This document shows, piece by piece, positions 23,801 through 35,009 of a DNA stretch of 64,000 nt. The DNA lies in the NCBI GenBank assembly GCA_030390025.1, contig CM059438.1, positions 58,964,001 through 59,028,000 on the forward strand, given 5' to 3'. This DNA is from Squalus acanthias (lineage: Eukaryota). Both the position numbers and the translations under genes were made by a program. The notes under the pieces were generated by a model. The model had not been told where the DNA came from and searched no databases. It saw only the letters and a program-made list of their open reading frames with translations. Position 1 is the stretch's first letter. Each line of letters starts with the position of its first letter.

Positions 23801-26800
23801 GTGCGAGAGGTGCGAGCGTGTCAGTGTACGAGAGGTGCGAGCGTGTCAGTGTACGAGAGGTGCGAGCGTCAGTGTACGAGAGGTGCGAGCTGTCATACGA
23901 GAGGTGCGAGCGTGTCAGTGTACGAGAGGTGCGAGCCTGTCAGTGTACGAGAGGTGCGAGCCTGTCAGTGTACGAGAGGTGCGAGCCTGTCAGTGTACGA
24001 GAGGTGCGAGCCTGTCAGTGTACGAGAGGTGCGAGCGTGTCAGTGTACGAGAGGTGCGAGCGTGTCAGTGTACGAGAGGTGCGAGCGTGTCAGTGTACGA
24101 GAGGTGCGAGCGTGTCAGTGTACGAGAGGTGCGAGCCTGTCAGTGTACGAGAGGTGCGAGCGTGTCAGTGTACGAGAGGTGCGAGCGTGTCAGTGTACGA
24201 GAGGTGCGAGCGTGTCAGTGTACGAGAGGTGCGAGCGTGTCAGTGTACGAGAGGTGCAGCGTGTCAGTGTACGAGAGGTGCGAGCGTGTCAGTGTACGAG
24301 AGGTGCGAGCGTGTCAGTGTACGAGAGGTGCGAGCGTGTCGTGTCAGTGTACGAGAGGTGCGAGGGTCGAGGTCGTGTCAGTGTACGAGAGGTGCGAGCG
24401 TGTCAGTGTACGAGAGGTGCGAGCGTGTCAGTGTACGAGAGGTGCGAGCGTGTCAGTGTACGAGAGGTGCGAGCGTGTCAGTGTACGAGAGGTGCGAGCG
24501 TGTCAGTGTACGAGAGGTGCGAGCGTGTCAGTGTACGAGAGGTGCGAGCGTGTCAGTGTACGAGAGGTGCGAGCGGGTCAGTGTACGAGAGGTGCGAGCG
24601 GGTCAGTGTACGAGAGGTGCGAGCGGGTCAGTGTACGAGAGGTGCGAGCGGGTCAGTGTACGAGAGGTGCGAGCGTGTCAGTGTACGAGAGGTGCGAGCG
24701 GGTCAGTGTACGAGAGGTGCGAGCGTGTCAGTGTACGAGAGGTGCGAGCGTGTCAGTGTACGAGAGGTGCGAGCGTGTCAGTGTACGAGAGGTGCGAGCG
24801 TGTCAGTGTACGAGAGGTGCGAGCCTGTCAGTGTACGAGGGGTGCGAGCATGTCGTGTCAGTGTACCAGAGGTGCGAGCGTGTTAGTATACGAGAGGTGC
24901 GAGCGTGCCAGTGTACGAGAGGTGCGAGCGTACGAGAGGTGCGAGCTTGTCAGTGTACGAGAGGCGCGAGCCTGTCAGTGTACGAGAGGCGCGAGCGTGT
25001 CAGTGTACGAGAGGCGCGAGCCTGTCAGTGTACGAGGGGTGCGAGCGTGTCGTGTCAGTGTACGAGAGGTGCGAGCGTGTCGTGTCAGTGTCCGAGAGGT
25101 GCGAGCGTGTCGTGTCAGTATACGAGAGGTGCGAGCGTGTCAGTGTAAGAGAGGTGCGAGCCTGTCAGTGTACGAGAGGTGCCAGCGTACGAGAGGTGCG
25201 AGCGTGTCAGTGTACAAGAGGTGCCAGTGTACGAGAGGTGCGAGCGTGTCAGTGTACGAGAGGTGCGAGCGTGTCAGTGTACGAGAGTTGCGAGCCTGTC
25301 AGTGTACGAGAGGTGCGAGCCTGTCAGTGTACGAGAGGTGCGAGCCTGTCAGTGTACGAGAGGTGCGAGCGTGTCAGTGTACGAGAGGTCGAGCCTGTCA
25401 GTGTACGAGAGGTGCGAGCGCTGTCAGTGTACGAGAGGTGCGTGCCTGTCAGTGTACGAGAGGTGCGAGCTGTCAGTGTACGAGAGGTGCGTCGCTGTCA
25501 GTGTACGAGAGGTGCGAGCTGTCAGTGTACGAGAGGTGCGAGCCTGTCAGTGTACGAGAGGTGCGAGCGTTGTCAGTGTACGAGAGGTGCGAGCCTGTCA
25601 GTGTACGAGAGGTGCGAGCTGTCAGTGTACGAGAGGTGCGAGCGTGTCAGTGTACGAGAGGTGCGAGCGTGTCAGTGTACGAGAGGTGCGAGCCTGTCAG
25701 TGTACGAGGGTGCGAGCCTGTCAGTGTACGAGAGTGAGAGCGTCAGTGTACGAGAGGTGCGGAGCGTGTCAGTGTACGAGAGGTGAGCTGCAGTGTACGA
25801 GGAGGTGCAGGCCTGTAAGTGTTCGAGAGGTGCGAGCCTGTCAGTGTACGAGAGGTGGAGCCTGTCAGTGTACGAGAAGGTGCGAGCCGTGTCAGTGTAC
25901 GAGAGGTGCGAGCCTGTCAGTGTACGAGAGGTGCGAGCGTGTCAGTGTACGAGAGGTGCGAGCGTGTCAGTGTACGAGAGGTGCGAGCGTGTCGTGTCAG
26001 TGTACGAGAGGTGCGAGCGTGTTAGTGTACGAGAGGTGCGAGCGTGCCAGTGTACGAGAGGTGCCAGTGTACGAGAGCTGCGAGCGTACGAGAGGTGCGA
26101 GCCTGTCAGTGTACGAGAGGTGCGAGCCTGTCAGTGTACGAGAGGTGCAAGCGTGTCGTGTCAGTGTACGAGAGGTGCCAGTGTACGAGAAGTGCGAGCG
26201 TGTCAGTGTACGAGAGGTGCGAGCCTGTCAGTGTACGAGAGGTGCGTGCCTGTCAGTGTACGAGTGGTGCGAGCGTGTCGTGTCAGTGTACGAGAGGTGC
26301 GAGCGTGTCGTGTCAGTGTACGAGAGGTGCGAGCGTGTCGTGTCAGTGTACGAGAGGTGCGAGCGTGTCGTGTCAGTGTACGAGAGGTGCGAGCCTGTCA
26401 GTGTACGAGAGGTGCGGCGTGTCAGTGTACGAGAGGTGCGAGAGTGACTCAGTGTACGAGAGGTGCGAGCGCTGTCAGTGTACGAGAGGGCGAGCGGTCA
26501 GTGTACGAGAGGTGCGAGCCTGTCAGTGTACGAGAGGTGCGAGCGTGTCAGTGTACGAGAGGTGCGAGCGTGTCAGTGTACGAGAGGTGCGAGCGGGTCA
26601 GTGTACGAGAGGTGCGAGCGGGTCAGTGTACGAGAGGTGCGAGGCCGTGTCAGTGTACGAGAGGTGCGAGCGGGTCAGTGTACGAGAGGTGCGAGCGGGT
26701 CAGTGTACGAGAGGTGCGAGCGGGTCAGTGTACGAGAGGTGCGAGCGTGTCAGTGTACGAGAGGTGCGAGCGTGTCAGTGTACGAGAGGTGCGAGCCTGT

Positions 26801-29252
26801 CAGTGTACGAGAGGTGCGAGCCTGTCAGTGTACGAGAGGTGCGAGGCCTGTCAGTGTACGAGAGGTGCGAGCCTGTAGTGTACGAGAGGTGCGAGCCGTG
26901 TCAGTGTACGAGAGGTGCGAGCCGTGCCAGTGTACGAGAGGTGCGAGCCTGTCAGTGTACGAGAGGTGCGAGCCTGTCAGTGTACGAGAGGTGCGAGCCT
27001 GTCAGTGTACGAGAGGTGCGAGCCTGTCAGTGTACGAGAGGTGCGAGCCTGTCAGTGTACGAGAGGTGCGAGCCTGTCAGTGTACGAGAGGTGCGAGCCT
27101 GTCAGTGTACGAGAGGTGCGAGCCTGTCAGTGTACGAGAGGTGCGAGCCTGTCAGTGTACGAGAGGTGCGAGCCTGTCAGTGTACGAGAGGTGCGAGCCT
27201 GTCAGTGTACGAGAGGTGCGAGCCTGTCAGTGTACGAGAGGTGCGAGCCTGTCAGTGTACGAGAGGTGCGAGCCTGTCAGTGTACGAGAGGTGCGAGCCT
27301 GTCAGTGTACGAGAGGTGCGAGCCTGTCAGTGTACGAGAGGTGCGAGCCTGTCAGTGTACGAGAGGTGCGAGCCTGTCAGTGTACGAGAGGTGCGAGCCT
27401 GTCAGTGTACGAGAGGTGCGAGCCTGTCAGTGTACGAGAGGTGCGAGCCTGTCAGTGTACGAGAGGTGCGAGCCTGTCAGTGTACGAGAGGTGCGAGCCT
27501 GTCAGTGTACGAGAGGTGCGAGCCTGTCAGTGTGCGAGAGGTGCGAGCGTGCCAGTGTACGAGAGGTGCGAGCCTGTCAGTGTACGAGAGGTGCGAGCCT
27601 GTCAGTGTACGAGAGGTGCGAGCCTGTCAGTGTACGAGAGGTGCGAGCCTGTCAGTGTACGAGAGGTGCGAGCATGTCGTGTCAGTGTACGAGAGGTGCG
27701 AGCATGTCGTGTCAGTGTACGAGAGGTGCGAGCGTGTCAGTGTACGAGAGGTGCGAGCATGTCGTGTCAGTGTACGAGAGGTGCGAGCATGTCGTGTCAG
27801 TGTACGAGAGGTGCGAGCATGTCTTGTCAGTGTACGAGAGGTGCGAGCATGTCGTGTCAGTGTACGAGAGGTGCGAGCATGTCGTGTCAGTGTTCGAGAG
27901 GTGCGAGCATGTCGTGTCAGTGTACGAGAGGTGCGAGCATGTCGTGTCAGTGTACGAGAGGTGCGAGCCTGTCGTGTCAGTGTACGAGAGGTGCGAGCGT
28001 GTCAGTGTACGAGAGGTGCGAGCCTGTCAGTGTACGAGAGGTGCGAGCGTGTCAGTGTACGAGAGGTGCGAGCGTGTCAGTGTACGAGAGGTGCGAGCGT
28101 GTCAGTGTACGAGAGGTGCGAGCGTGTCAGTGTACGAGAGGTGCGAGCGTGTCAGTGTACGAGAGGTGCGAGCGTGTCAGTGTACGAGAGGTGCGAGCGT
28201 GTCAGTGTACGAGAGGTGCGAGCGTGCCGTGTCAGTGTACGAGAGGTGCGAGTTGTCAGTGTACGAGAGGTGCGAGCGTGTCAGTGTACGAGAGGTGCGA
28301 GCGTGTCAGTGTACGAGAGGTGCGAGCCTGTCAGTGTACGAGAGGTGCGAGCCTGTCAGTGTACGAGAGGTGCGAGCGTGACAGTGTACGAGAGGTGCGA
28401 GCGTGCCAGTGTACGAGAGGTGCGAGCGTGTCAGTGTACGAGAGGTGCGGGCGTGTCAGTGTACGAGAGGTGCGAGCCTGTCAGTGTACGAGAGGTGCGA
28501 GCGTGTTAGTATACGAGAGGTGCGAGCGTGCCAGTGTACGAGAGGTGCGAGCGTACGAGAGGTGCGAGCCTGTCAGTGTACGAGAGGTGCGAGCGTGTCG
28601 TGTCAGTGTACGAGAGGTGCGAGCGTGTCAGTGTACGAGAGGTGCGATCCCGTCAGTGTAGGAGAGGTGCGAGCCTGTCAGTGTACGAGAGGTGCCAGTG
28701 TACGAGATGTGCGAGCGTGTCCGTGTACGAGAGGTGCGAGCGTGTCAGTGTACGAGAGGTGCGAGCCTGTCAGTGTTCGAGAGGTGCGAGCGTGTCAGTG
28801 TACGAGAGGTGCGAGCGTGTCAGTGTACGAGAGGTGCGAGAGTGCCGTGTCAGTGTACGAGAGGTGCGAGCCTGTCAGTGTACGAGAGGTGCGAGCCTGT
28901 CAGTGTACGAGAGGTGCGAGCCTGTCAGTGTACGAGAGGTGCGAGCCTGTCAGTGTACGAGAGGTGCGAGCCTGTCAGTGTACGAGAGGTGCGAGCGTGT
29001 CAGTGTACGAGAGGTGCGAGCGTGTCAGTGTACGAGAGGTGCGAGCGTGTCAGTGTACGAGAGGTGCGAGCGTGTCAGTGTACGAGAGGTGCGAGCGTGT
29101 CAGTGTACGAGAGGTGCGAGCGTGTCAGTGTACGAGAGGTGCGAGCGTGTCAGTGTACGAGAGGTGCGAGCGTGTCAGTGTACGAGAGGTGCGAGCGTGT
29201 CAGTGTACGAGAGGTGCGAGCGTGTCAGTGTACGAGAGGTGCGAGGGTGTCA
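2871..29252. repeat. 25-bp tandem satellite array, ~26.4 kb (~1050 monomers); consensus TGTCAGTGTACGAGAGGTGCGAGC(C/G)
   Basis: Directly visible head-to-tail repeat in a single orientation with interspersed 17-bp and 30-bp length variants; one GTAC (RsaI) site and 2-3 CpG per monomer. Confidence 0.99.
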
Positions 29253-29765
29253 CAGGGCCTTGGCAGCTGAAGGCACGGCCACCAATGGTTGAGCGATTAA
29301 AATTAAGGATGCTCAAGATGCCAGAATTGGAAGAGCGCAGATATCTCGGGGAGTTGTGGGGCTAGAGGAGATTACAGAGATTGGGAGGGGTGAGGCCATG
29401 GAGGGAATTGAAAACAAGGATGAGAATTTTAAAATCGAGGCGTTGCTTAACCAGGAGCCAATGCAGGACAGTGAGCACAGGGGTGATGGGTGAACGGGAC
29501 TTGGTGCGAGTTTGGACACGGGCAGTCGAGTTTTGGATGACCTCAAGTTTACGGAGGGTAGAACGTGGGAGGCCAGCCAGGAGTGCGTTGGAATAGTCAA
29601 GTCTCGAGGTAACAAAGGCATGGATGGGGGTTTCAGCAGCAGATGAGCTGAGGCAGGGGCGGAGACAGGCGATGTTACGGAGGTGGAAATAAGCGGTCTT
29701 AGTTATGGCGCGGATATGTGTTTGGAAGCTCATTTCAGGGTCAAATATGACACCAAGGTTGCGAA
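29253..29765 (-). mobile_element. L2 (LINE2) ORF2 C-terminal fragment
   Basis: ORF 29362-29820: NLGVIFDPEMSF...AYFHLRNI...HAFVTSRLDYSNALLAGLP...LHWL, the typical L2 C-terminus; similar to the copy at 56263-56810. Confidence 0.9.
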
Positions 29766-29879
29766 ATATGTGGTGAAAATGCATTGCAAAGACAAAAAAG
29801 GGGCAAAACAGCTCTAACATGGAAGGGAATGAAATGGAAGATGAAGGGAAGAAACAGGCAAGAAAATGGGGGAGACAGC

Positions 29880-30350
29880 TAACATCTAAAGTTGTTAAAA
29901 GTCAATTCTCACAGCAGAGGGCTGCAGAGTGACCAGGCGGATGATAAAAATACTATTCTTGAAGTTTGGACTGGACTTTGCTAGAGTCAAAGACAGAGGT
30001 CAGAGTGGGGATGGGTGGGAGAGTTAATGTGGTGAGGCACAGGGGTGTCAGGATCACACTTGCAGACGGAACGGAACAGAGGTGCCCAGAAAAGTACAAC
30101 CCAATCGGCACCTTGTCTCCCAAGGTAGTGGCGACAGCACCTTGAGCAAAGTGAATACAGTATACTAGAGGGAAGGAGTACATGTAAATTGGTGCCTCAC
30201 AGGAAAGGAGTGCGTGGGACACAGAACAACGGTGTGGGAAGAGGCAAATGAACAGGTGCTGCATCTGCTGCACAGGAAGTGTCAGAATGGCAGCCGGACA
30301 TGGGAGTGATGGAAGAGTGAAAAAGGGTACCGTAAAGTGAATGATCCCAC
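29880..30350 (-). mobile_element. Old, decayed Penelope-like element fragment (GIY-YIG region)
   Basis: Reverse complement of 30060-30170 aligns by eye with 46517-46620 (tagtatactgtattc...gggagac...gattggg); translation retains LVYCI. Confidence 0.65.
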
Positions 30351-30699
30351 TGGAAACGAGAGAGAGAGAGAGAAGGGAGCTGACAAAAACGATGTATTTA
30401 AGAGGTTGTCTCTGCTCAGTTCATTGACTTACATGTGCAGTTACTCCTCAGGTGTATTTTATTCTCTCTTGCGTTTAATTTCATCTGGTTAAAATTCAAG
30501 TTCTGGCAAGAAAAGAAATGTTAATTGAAGTTTGTTGAGAAAATTCAAAAAAGGGGCTAAACAGACAATTGAAGCAAGTGTTCAGAGAAACACCATGTTA
30601 CTCTCATGTTATAAACTGGAAGATTTTCTACAGTCCCCACAGTGGAGCCAAAATTGCTTGGCAGGAGTCCATCGGAACGGCCATGTATCCCGCTGGAAC

Positions 30700-32060
30700 C
30701 CGGATATGTTGGGTCTCGAACTTGCCTGAATTTTCTACACTAAATGCCAGAAGCAGCAGACTATGTGACAGAGCTCAGCCATCCCATAACCAACGGATCA
30801 AAGCAAATCTCTGTCGCCTACTGCATCCATTTGAGAACCGTGGTGGACAACCAGGCAGAGGAGAAAGAACATCCTCTTCCGCAACCATGGTACCACCCAG
30901 CACGTGAGTGCAAGAGACAAGTGTTTGAAAACATCTTCAGCCAAAAGTGCCGAGTGGATAATCCTACTCGGCCTCCTCCCGAGGTCCCACCATCACAGAT
31001 ACCAGTGTCCACATCACATGAAGAGGCGCTGAGCAGATGGGATGCTGCAAAAGCTGTGGGCCCTGATTAAGAACTGAAGACCTGTGCACCACAGCTAGCC
31101 ACGCGCCGAGCCAAATTATTCCAGTCCAGCTATGACAGTAACATCTAGCTGACAACATGGAAAATGGCCCAGGTATGTCCTATCCACAAAATGCAGCACA
31201 AATCTAAGGTGGCCAATTACCGTCCTATCAGCCTCCTCCCAATCAGCAGTAAAGTGATGGAAGGAATCATCAACAGTGCCAAGGAACGACACCTGCTCAC
31301 CAATGACTTGCTGACCGATGCTGAGTTTGGGTTCTGCCCGAACCACTCAGTTTCAGACCCAGCCACAGCCCAGACACGGACACAAGAGCTGAATGGCAGA
31401 GGAGGGGGGACTGTATCTGTCCTCGACAGCAGGGCAGCATTCAACCAAGTGTAGCACCAAGAAGTCCTATCAAAATTGAGATCAATGGCGGTCAAAAGGA
31501 AAACCCTCCCATGGCTAGAGTCATTCCTGACAAAGGAAGGTGGTTATTATTGGTGGAGGTCAATCATCACAGCCGTCAGAGCCTCTGAACTATCTGTAAG
31601 GCTCAAGTCAGGAGTGTGATGGGATACTCACCACTCGGCTGGACGGGTGCAACTGCAACAACACTCAAGATGCTCTACACCATCCAGGACAGAGCAGTCT
31701 GCTTGGACAGTACTCCTGCTACTGAACTCAATATCCAACCCCTTCACCAGCAGCACACTGTGACTGCAGTATTTACTATCGAAGTGTTGTGTTGCAGTAA
31801 CTCACCAAGCTTACGTTGACAGCACCTCCCTCCCCTGCAACCTCCACCACCAAGAAGCAGAAGAGCAGCAATATCGCGGCAACATTATCAGCTGCAAGAT
31901 CCCCTTCAAGTCACACAACATCCTGACTTGGACGTGGGTCACTGTTCCTTCACGGTTGTTGGCTCCATATCCTGGAATTCAAATGGAGGATTGCAGCAGT
32001 TCAAGGAGAAGGTCCACCACCTTCTCAGGGCAACTAAGGGTCAGAAATAAATACAGCCCA
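30700..32060 (+). mobile_element. Decayed copy of the LINE family seen at 856-2735
   Basis: Translations FSQKCRVD, KAVGPD, AQVCPIHK, NYRPISLL, AAFNQV, TIQDRAV; many stops and internal deletions. Confidence 0.85.
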
Positions 32061-32115
32061 CATTCCAAATACGAACACAAGAAGAAAAGCGTTTGATCGA
32101 CCCCACAAGAAACAT

Positions 32116-32351
32116 GTGCAAAAAGTGAGTTTTTTTGCCTTGCTCCTGATACCATTTGCAGCAAGGTGTGGGGGGAGCTGGGTGACTGCATGGATGTGGC
32201 TGGCAACCTCCCTCCATGCAGCTAAGACCTGTGCTCGGACTGGAAGATGGGCTTCTCTCCCTTGGTGCACTTCCCGCAGGAGGACCATCACTTCTACAGC
32301 AGCAGAGGGAGCAGTGTTGCCCACTTGTCTCTGCTGGACCTTTGCGAACAA
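32116..32351 (-). pseudogene. Possible decayed Myb/SANT-like DNA-binding domain (Harbinger ORF2/MSANTD-like)
   Basis: Minus-strand translation EVMVLLREVHQGREAHLP...AAWREVASHIHAV resembles the E-x-L-L-x-E-V...W-x-E-V-A pattern of Myb/SANT-like domains; pattern recognition only. Confidence 0.35.
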
Positions 32352-32800
32352 TTAATCCATTTTTCTGACACTACAACTAGCACTATAAAAGCTGCTGCCT
32401 TGTTGGATTTTGCACTCCCGAGCCAAGTGTGCTATAGCCCAAGCATTCTCGGCAAACTTTCATCTGCCAGTAGCCTTTTCAAATTAGGGTAACGACTTCC
32501 AACCAAAAATTCAACAGGGTCCATCCCGAAGCTACCAGTGCAAGTGCACCTATGTCACGAGCCAGCACAACCCCATTGTTACCTCTCTCACAAGTCAGGG
32601 ATTATATGTCGGTTCCATTTAATTCAATCTCGCACATACAATTAATTCATTTTGTATTCGTCCGTATTGAATTGCATCTGCTGTCTTTTGACCCAGTGTT
32701 CAAATTGTTCTGAATCCAGTTGCCTTTTTCTTCATTCTTTGCCCTGCTTCCTATACTGGAATGGAACCAAACGGATCAGATAGAGAGAAAGATGTCCCTC

Positions 32801-33235
32801 CAGTGTCAGCTGTGGCTCAGTAGGTGGCACACTCGCCTCGGAGTCAGAAGGGACTTGAGCACATAAATCCAGGCTGACACTCCAGTGCAGTGCTGAGGGA
32901 GTGCTGCACTGTCGGAGGTGCCGTCTTTCGGATGAGACGTTAAACCGAGGCCCCGTCTGCCCTTTCAGGTGGATGTAAAAGATCCCACGGCACTATTTCG
33001 AAGAAGAGCAGGAGTTATCCCCGCTGTCCTGGCCAATATTTATCCCTCAATCAACATCACTAAAAAACAGATTATCTGGTCATTGTCACATTGCTGTTTG
33101 TGGGAGCTTGCTGCCGCGTTTCCTACATTACAACAGTGACTACACTTCAAAAAGTACTTCATTGGCTGTAAAGCGCTTTGAGACGTCCAGTGGTTGTGAA
33201 AGGCGCTATAGAAATGCAAGTCTTTCTTTCTTTTT
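32801..33235 (+). mobile_element. tRNA-headed Deu-domain SINE (SacSINE1/AmnSINE1-like)
   Basis: A-box-like tggctcagtagg head; Deu core ggaggtgccgtctttcggatgagacgttaaaccgaggcccc; L2-type tail ggcgctatagaaatgcaagtctttc. Confidence 0.88.
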
Positions 33236-33899
33236 CCAGTGCCCATTTAGGTAAACTTGGGACATTACAGACACATTTGCAAGAAAGATACTCATATTGG
33301 ACACACCACAAGCATTCTGGGAACCCTCGTAATACAAAGGACTCCTACATACCAGCATCACCAGCTATGTCCAATTATAGCCTGGCGATGGAGTGAACTA
33401 GACCGATCATGGTTGTAATCCAATAGACTAATTAATGTGTGACAGACCTCAAACAGAAAGGACTAACAAGCTAGGGACAATCTTGAAAAATTACTGATAC
33501 CTTCGCTTTAATGATTTAGACACGAGCAAAGCTGAAAGGAGTCATCGAATGATGAGTCTGTTCTTTGTCAAGCAAATTAAAATCTGGCAAGTATACTTTC
33601 TGACCATTGAATGACCCTGTGAAGAACTGATCATCTCGGTAGCTCCCCAATGGCTATATATACACACACACGCAAACTTAGTAAAATTAAAAGGTATCTA
33701 AGGTCATCGCTTGCCTGCCCGTCCAAATCAGAAGGATCTTGGGGAGGGTTGAAGCGTAAAGAAAATTGTAAAAAAAATTGAACCAGGTCTTCAAAATCAG
33801 AGAAAGTGTTAATGAAAGTTTGAAGGTTAGGAAAGGAAAGATGGTTAATTGCACAGATGTAAAGTGCATCACAACTGTTATTTGCTAGGATATGCTGAT

Positions 33900-34650
33900 A
33901 GGGTGAGATGAAGTACGGTGGGAGGAGGCTCATGTGGAGCATAAACACTGGCACAGACCAGTTGGGCTGAATAAAGAATGCTTTCCTTTATTAGCCAAGG
34001 CATAGAATACTAGAGCAGGAAGGTTATGCTAGAACTGTATAAATCACTAGTTAGGCCACAGCTAGAATACTGTGTACAGTTCTGGTCAGCACGTTACAGG
34101 AAAGATGTGATTGCACTCAAGAGGGTACAGAGAAGATTTACGAGGATGTTGCCAGGACGGGAGAATTTTAGCTATGAGGAAAGATTGGATAGGCTGGGGT
34201 TGTTTTCTTTGGAATAGAGGAGGCTGAGGGGAGACTGAATTTAGGTGTATAAAATTATGAGGGGCCCAGATATGATGGATAGGAAGGACCAATTCCCCTA
34301 GCAGAAGGGTCAATAACCAGGGGGCATAAATTTAAAGTAATTGGTAGAAGGATTAGAGGGGAGTTGAGGAGAATTCTTTTCACCCAGAGGGTGGTGGGGG
34401 TCTGGAACTCACTGCCTGAAAGGGTGGTAGAGGCAGAAACCCTCATCGCATTTAAAAAGTATTTGGATATGCACTTGAAGTGCCGTAACCTACAAGGCTA
34501 CGGACCAAGAGCTGGAAAGTGGGATTAGGCTGGATTGCACTTTCGGCCGGCACAGACACGATGGGCCAAATGGCCTCCTTCTGTGCTGTAAACTTCTATG
34601 ATTCTATGAATGGCTTGTTTCTGTGCTGTACATTACGTGTAATTCTATGT
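33900..34650 (+). mobile_element. CR1 3' fragment (33973-34606) nested in the 3' tail of another CR1
   Basis: LYKSLVRPQLEYCVQFWS...LGLFSLE motif and attctat-type tail; the host tail (compare 35930-36035) is split and TGAAT occurs at both junctions. Confidence 0.88.
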
Positions 34651-35009
34651 AATAATAGCTTAAGGCTCTGAACCCACAGAGTAAAGTATACCCTGCATAC
34701 ATGCAAGGTTAGTTAAACTCAGATGAGAAGAAGAAGACAGAAGACAACAACTCACTGCAGGAGCCTCAGAGGAACAGCCAGACTACCCGGAGAAAGGCAA
34801 ACCCATCCAACGCTACAGAAACCAATTTACTAAAAGAAAAAGGTTACATGTGTGATGCTCACATTGCAGAGGAACAGCTGAATACTGGAAGATTGTCAGT
34901 CATGTGTTGAACACAAACTGTAAGGTTAACTCTGCTAAACCAAACTGTAATCTTGAAAACACTGAACATAACTTTGCCACACTGTTGTTGAGCAAAATCA
35001 GACTAATGG

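Noticed and set aside
2871..29252. CRISPR-like or telomeric array
   Set aside because: No unique spacers, no cas genes, eukaryotic context, and no TTAGGG repeats.
29230..29280. Satellite monomer derived from the adjoining L2
   Set aside because: Only a short GAGAGGT resemblance to the L2 sequence at ~56441, and no L2 remainder at the left edge of the array.
2844..29365. Very long plus-strand ORFs (up to 2559 aa, VYERCE/VREVRA/CQCTRGA repeats)
   Set aside because: The 25-bp monomer has no plus-strand stop, so all three frames read the same 25-aa cycle; frequent frame-shifting length variants show no coding constraint.
32801..32860. tRNA gene
   Set aside because: The A/B-box-like heads belong to SINEs; no cloverleaf could be formed.
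33501..33653. Possible 153-bp minus-strand exon (tatatAG ... AAG|GTATCA)
   Set aside because: Weak pyrimidine tract and stops in all three frames; it cannot be supported without transcript data.
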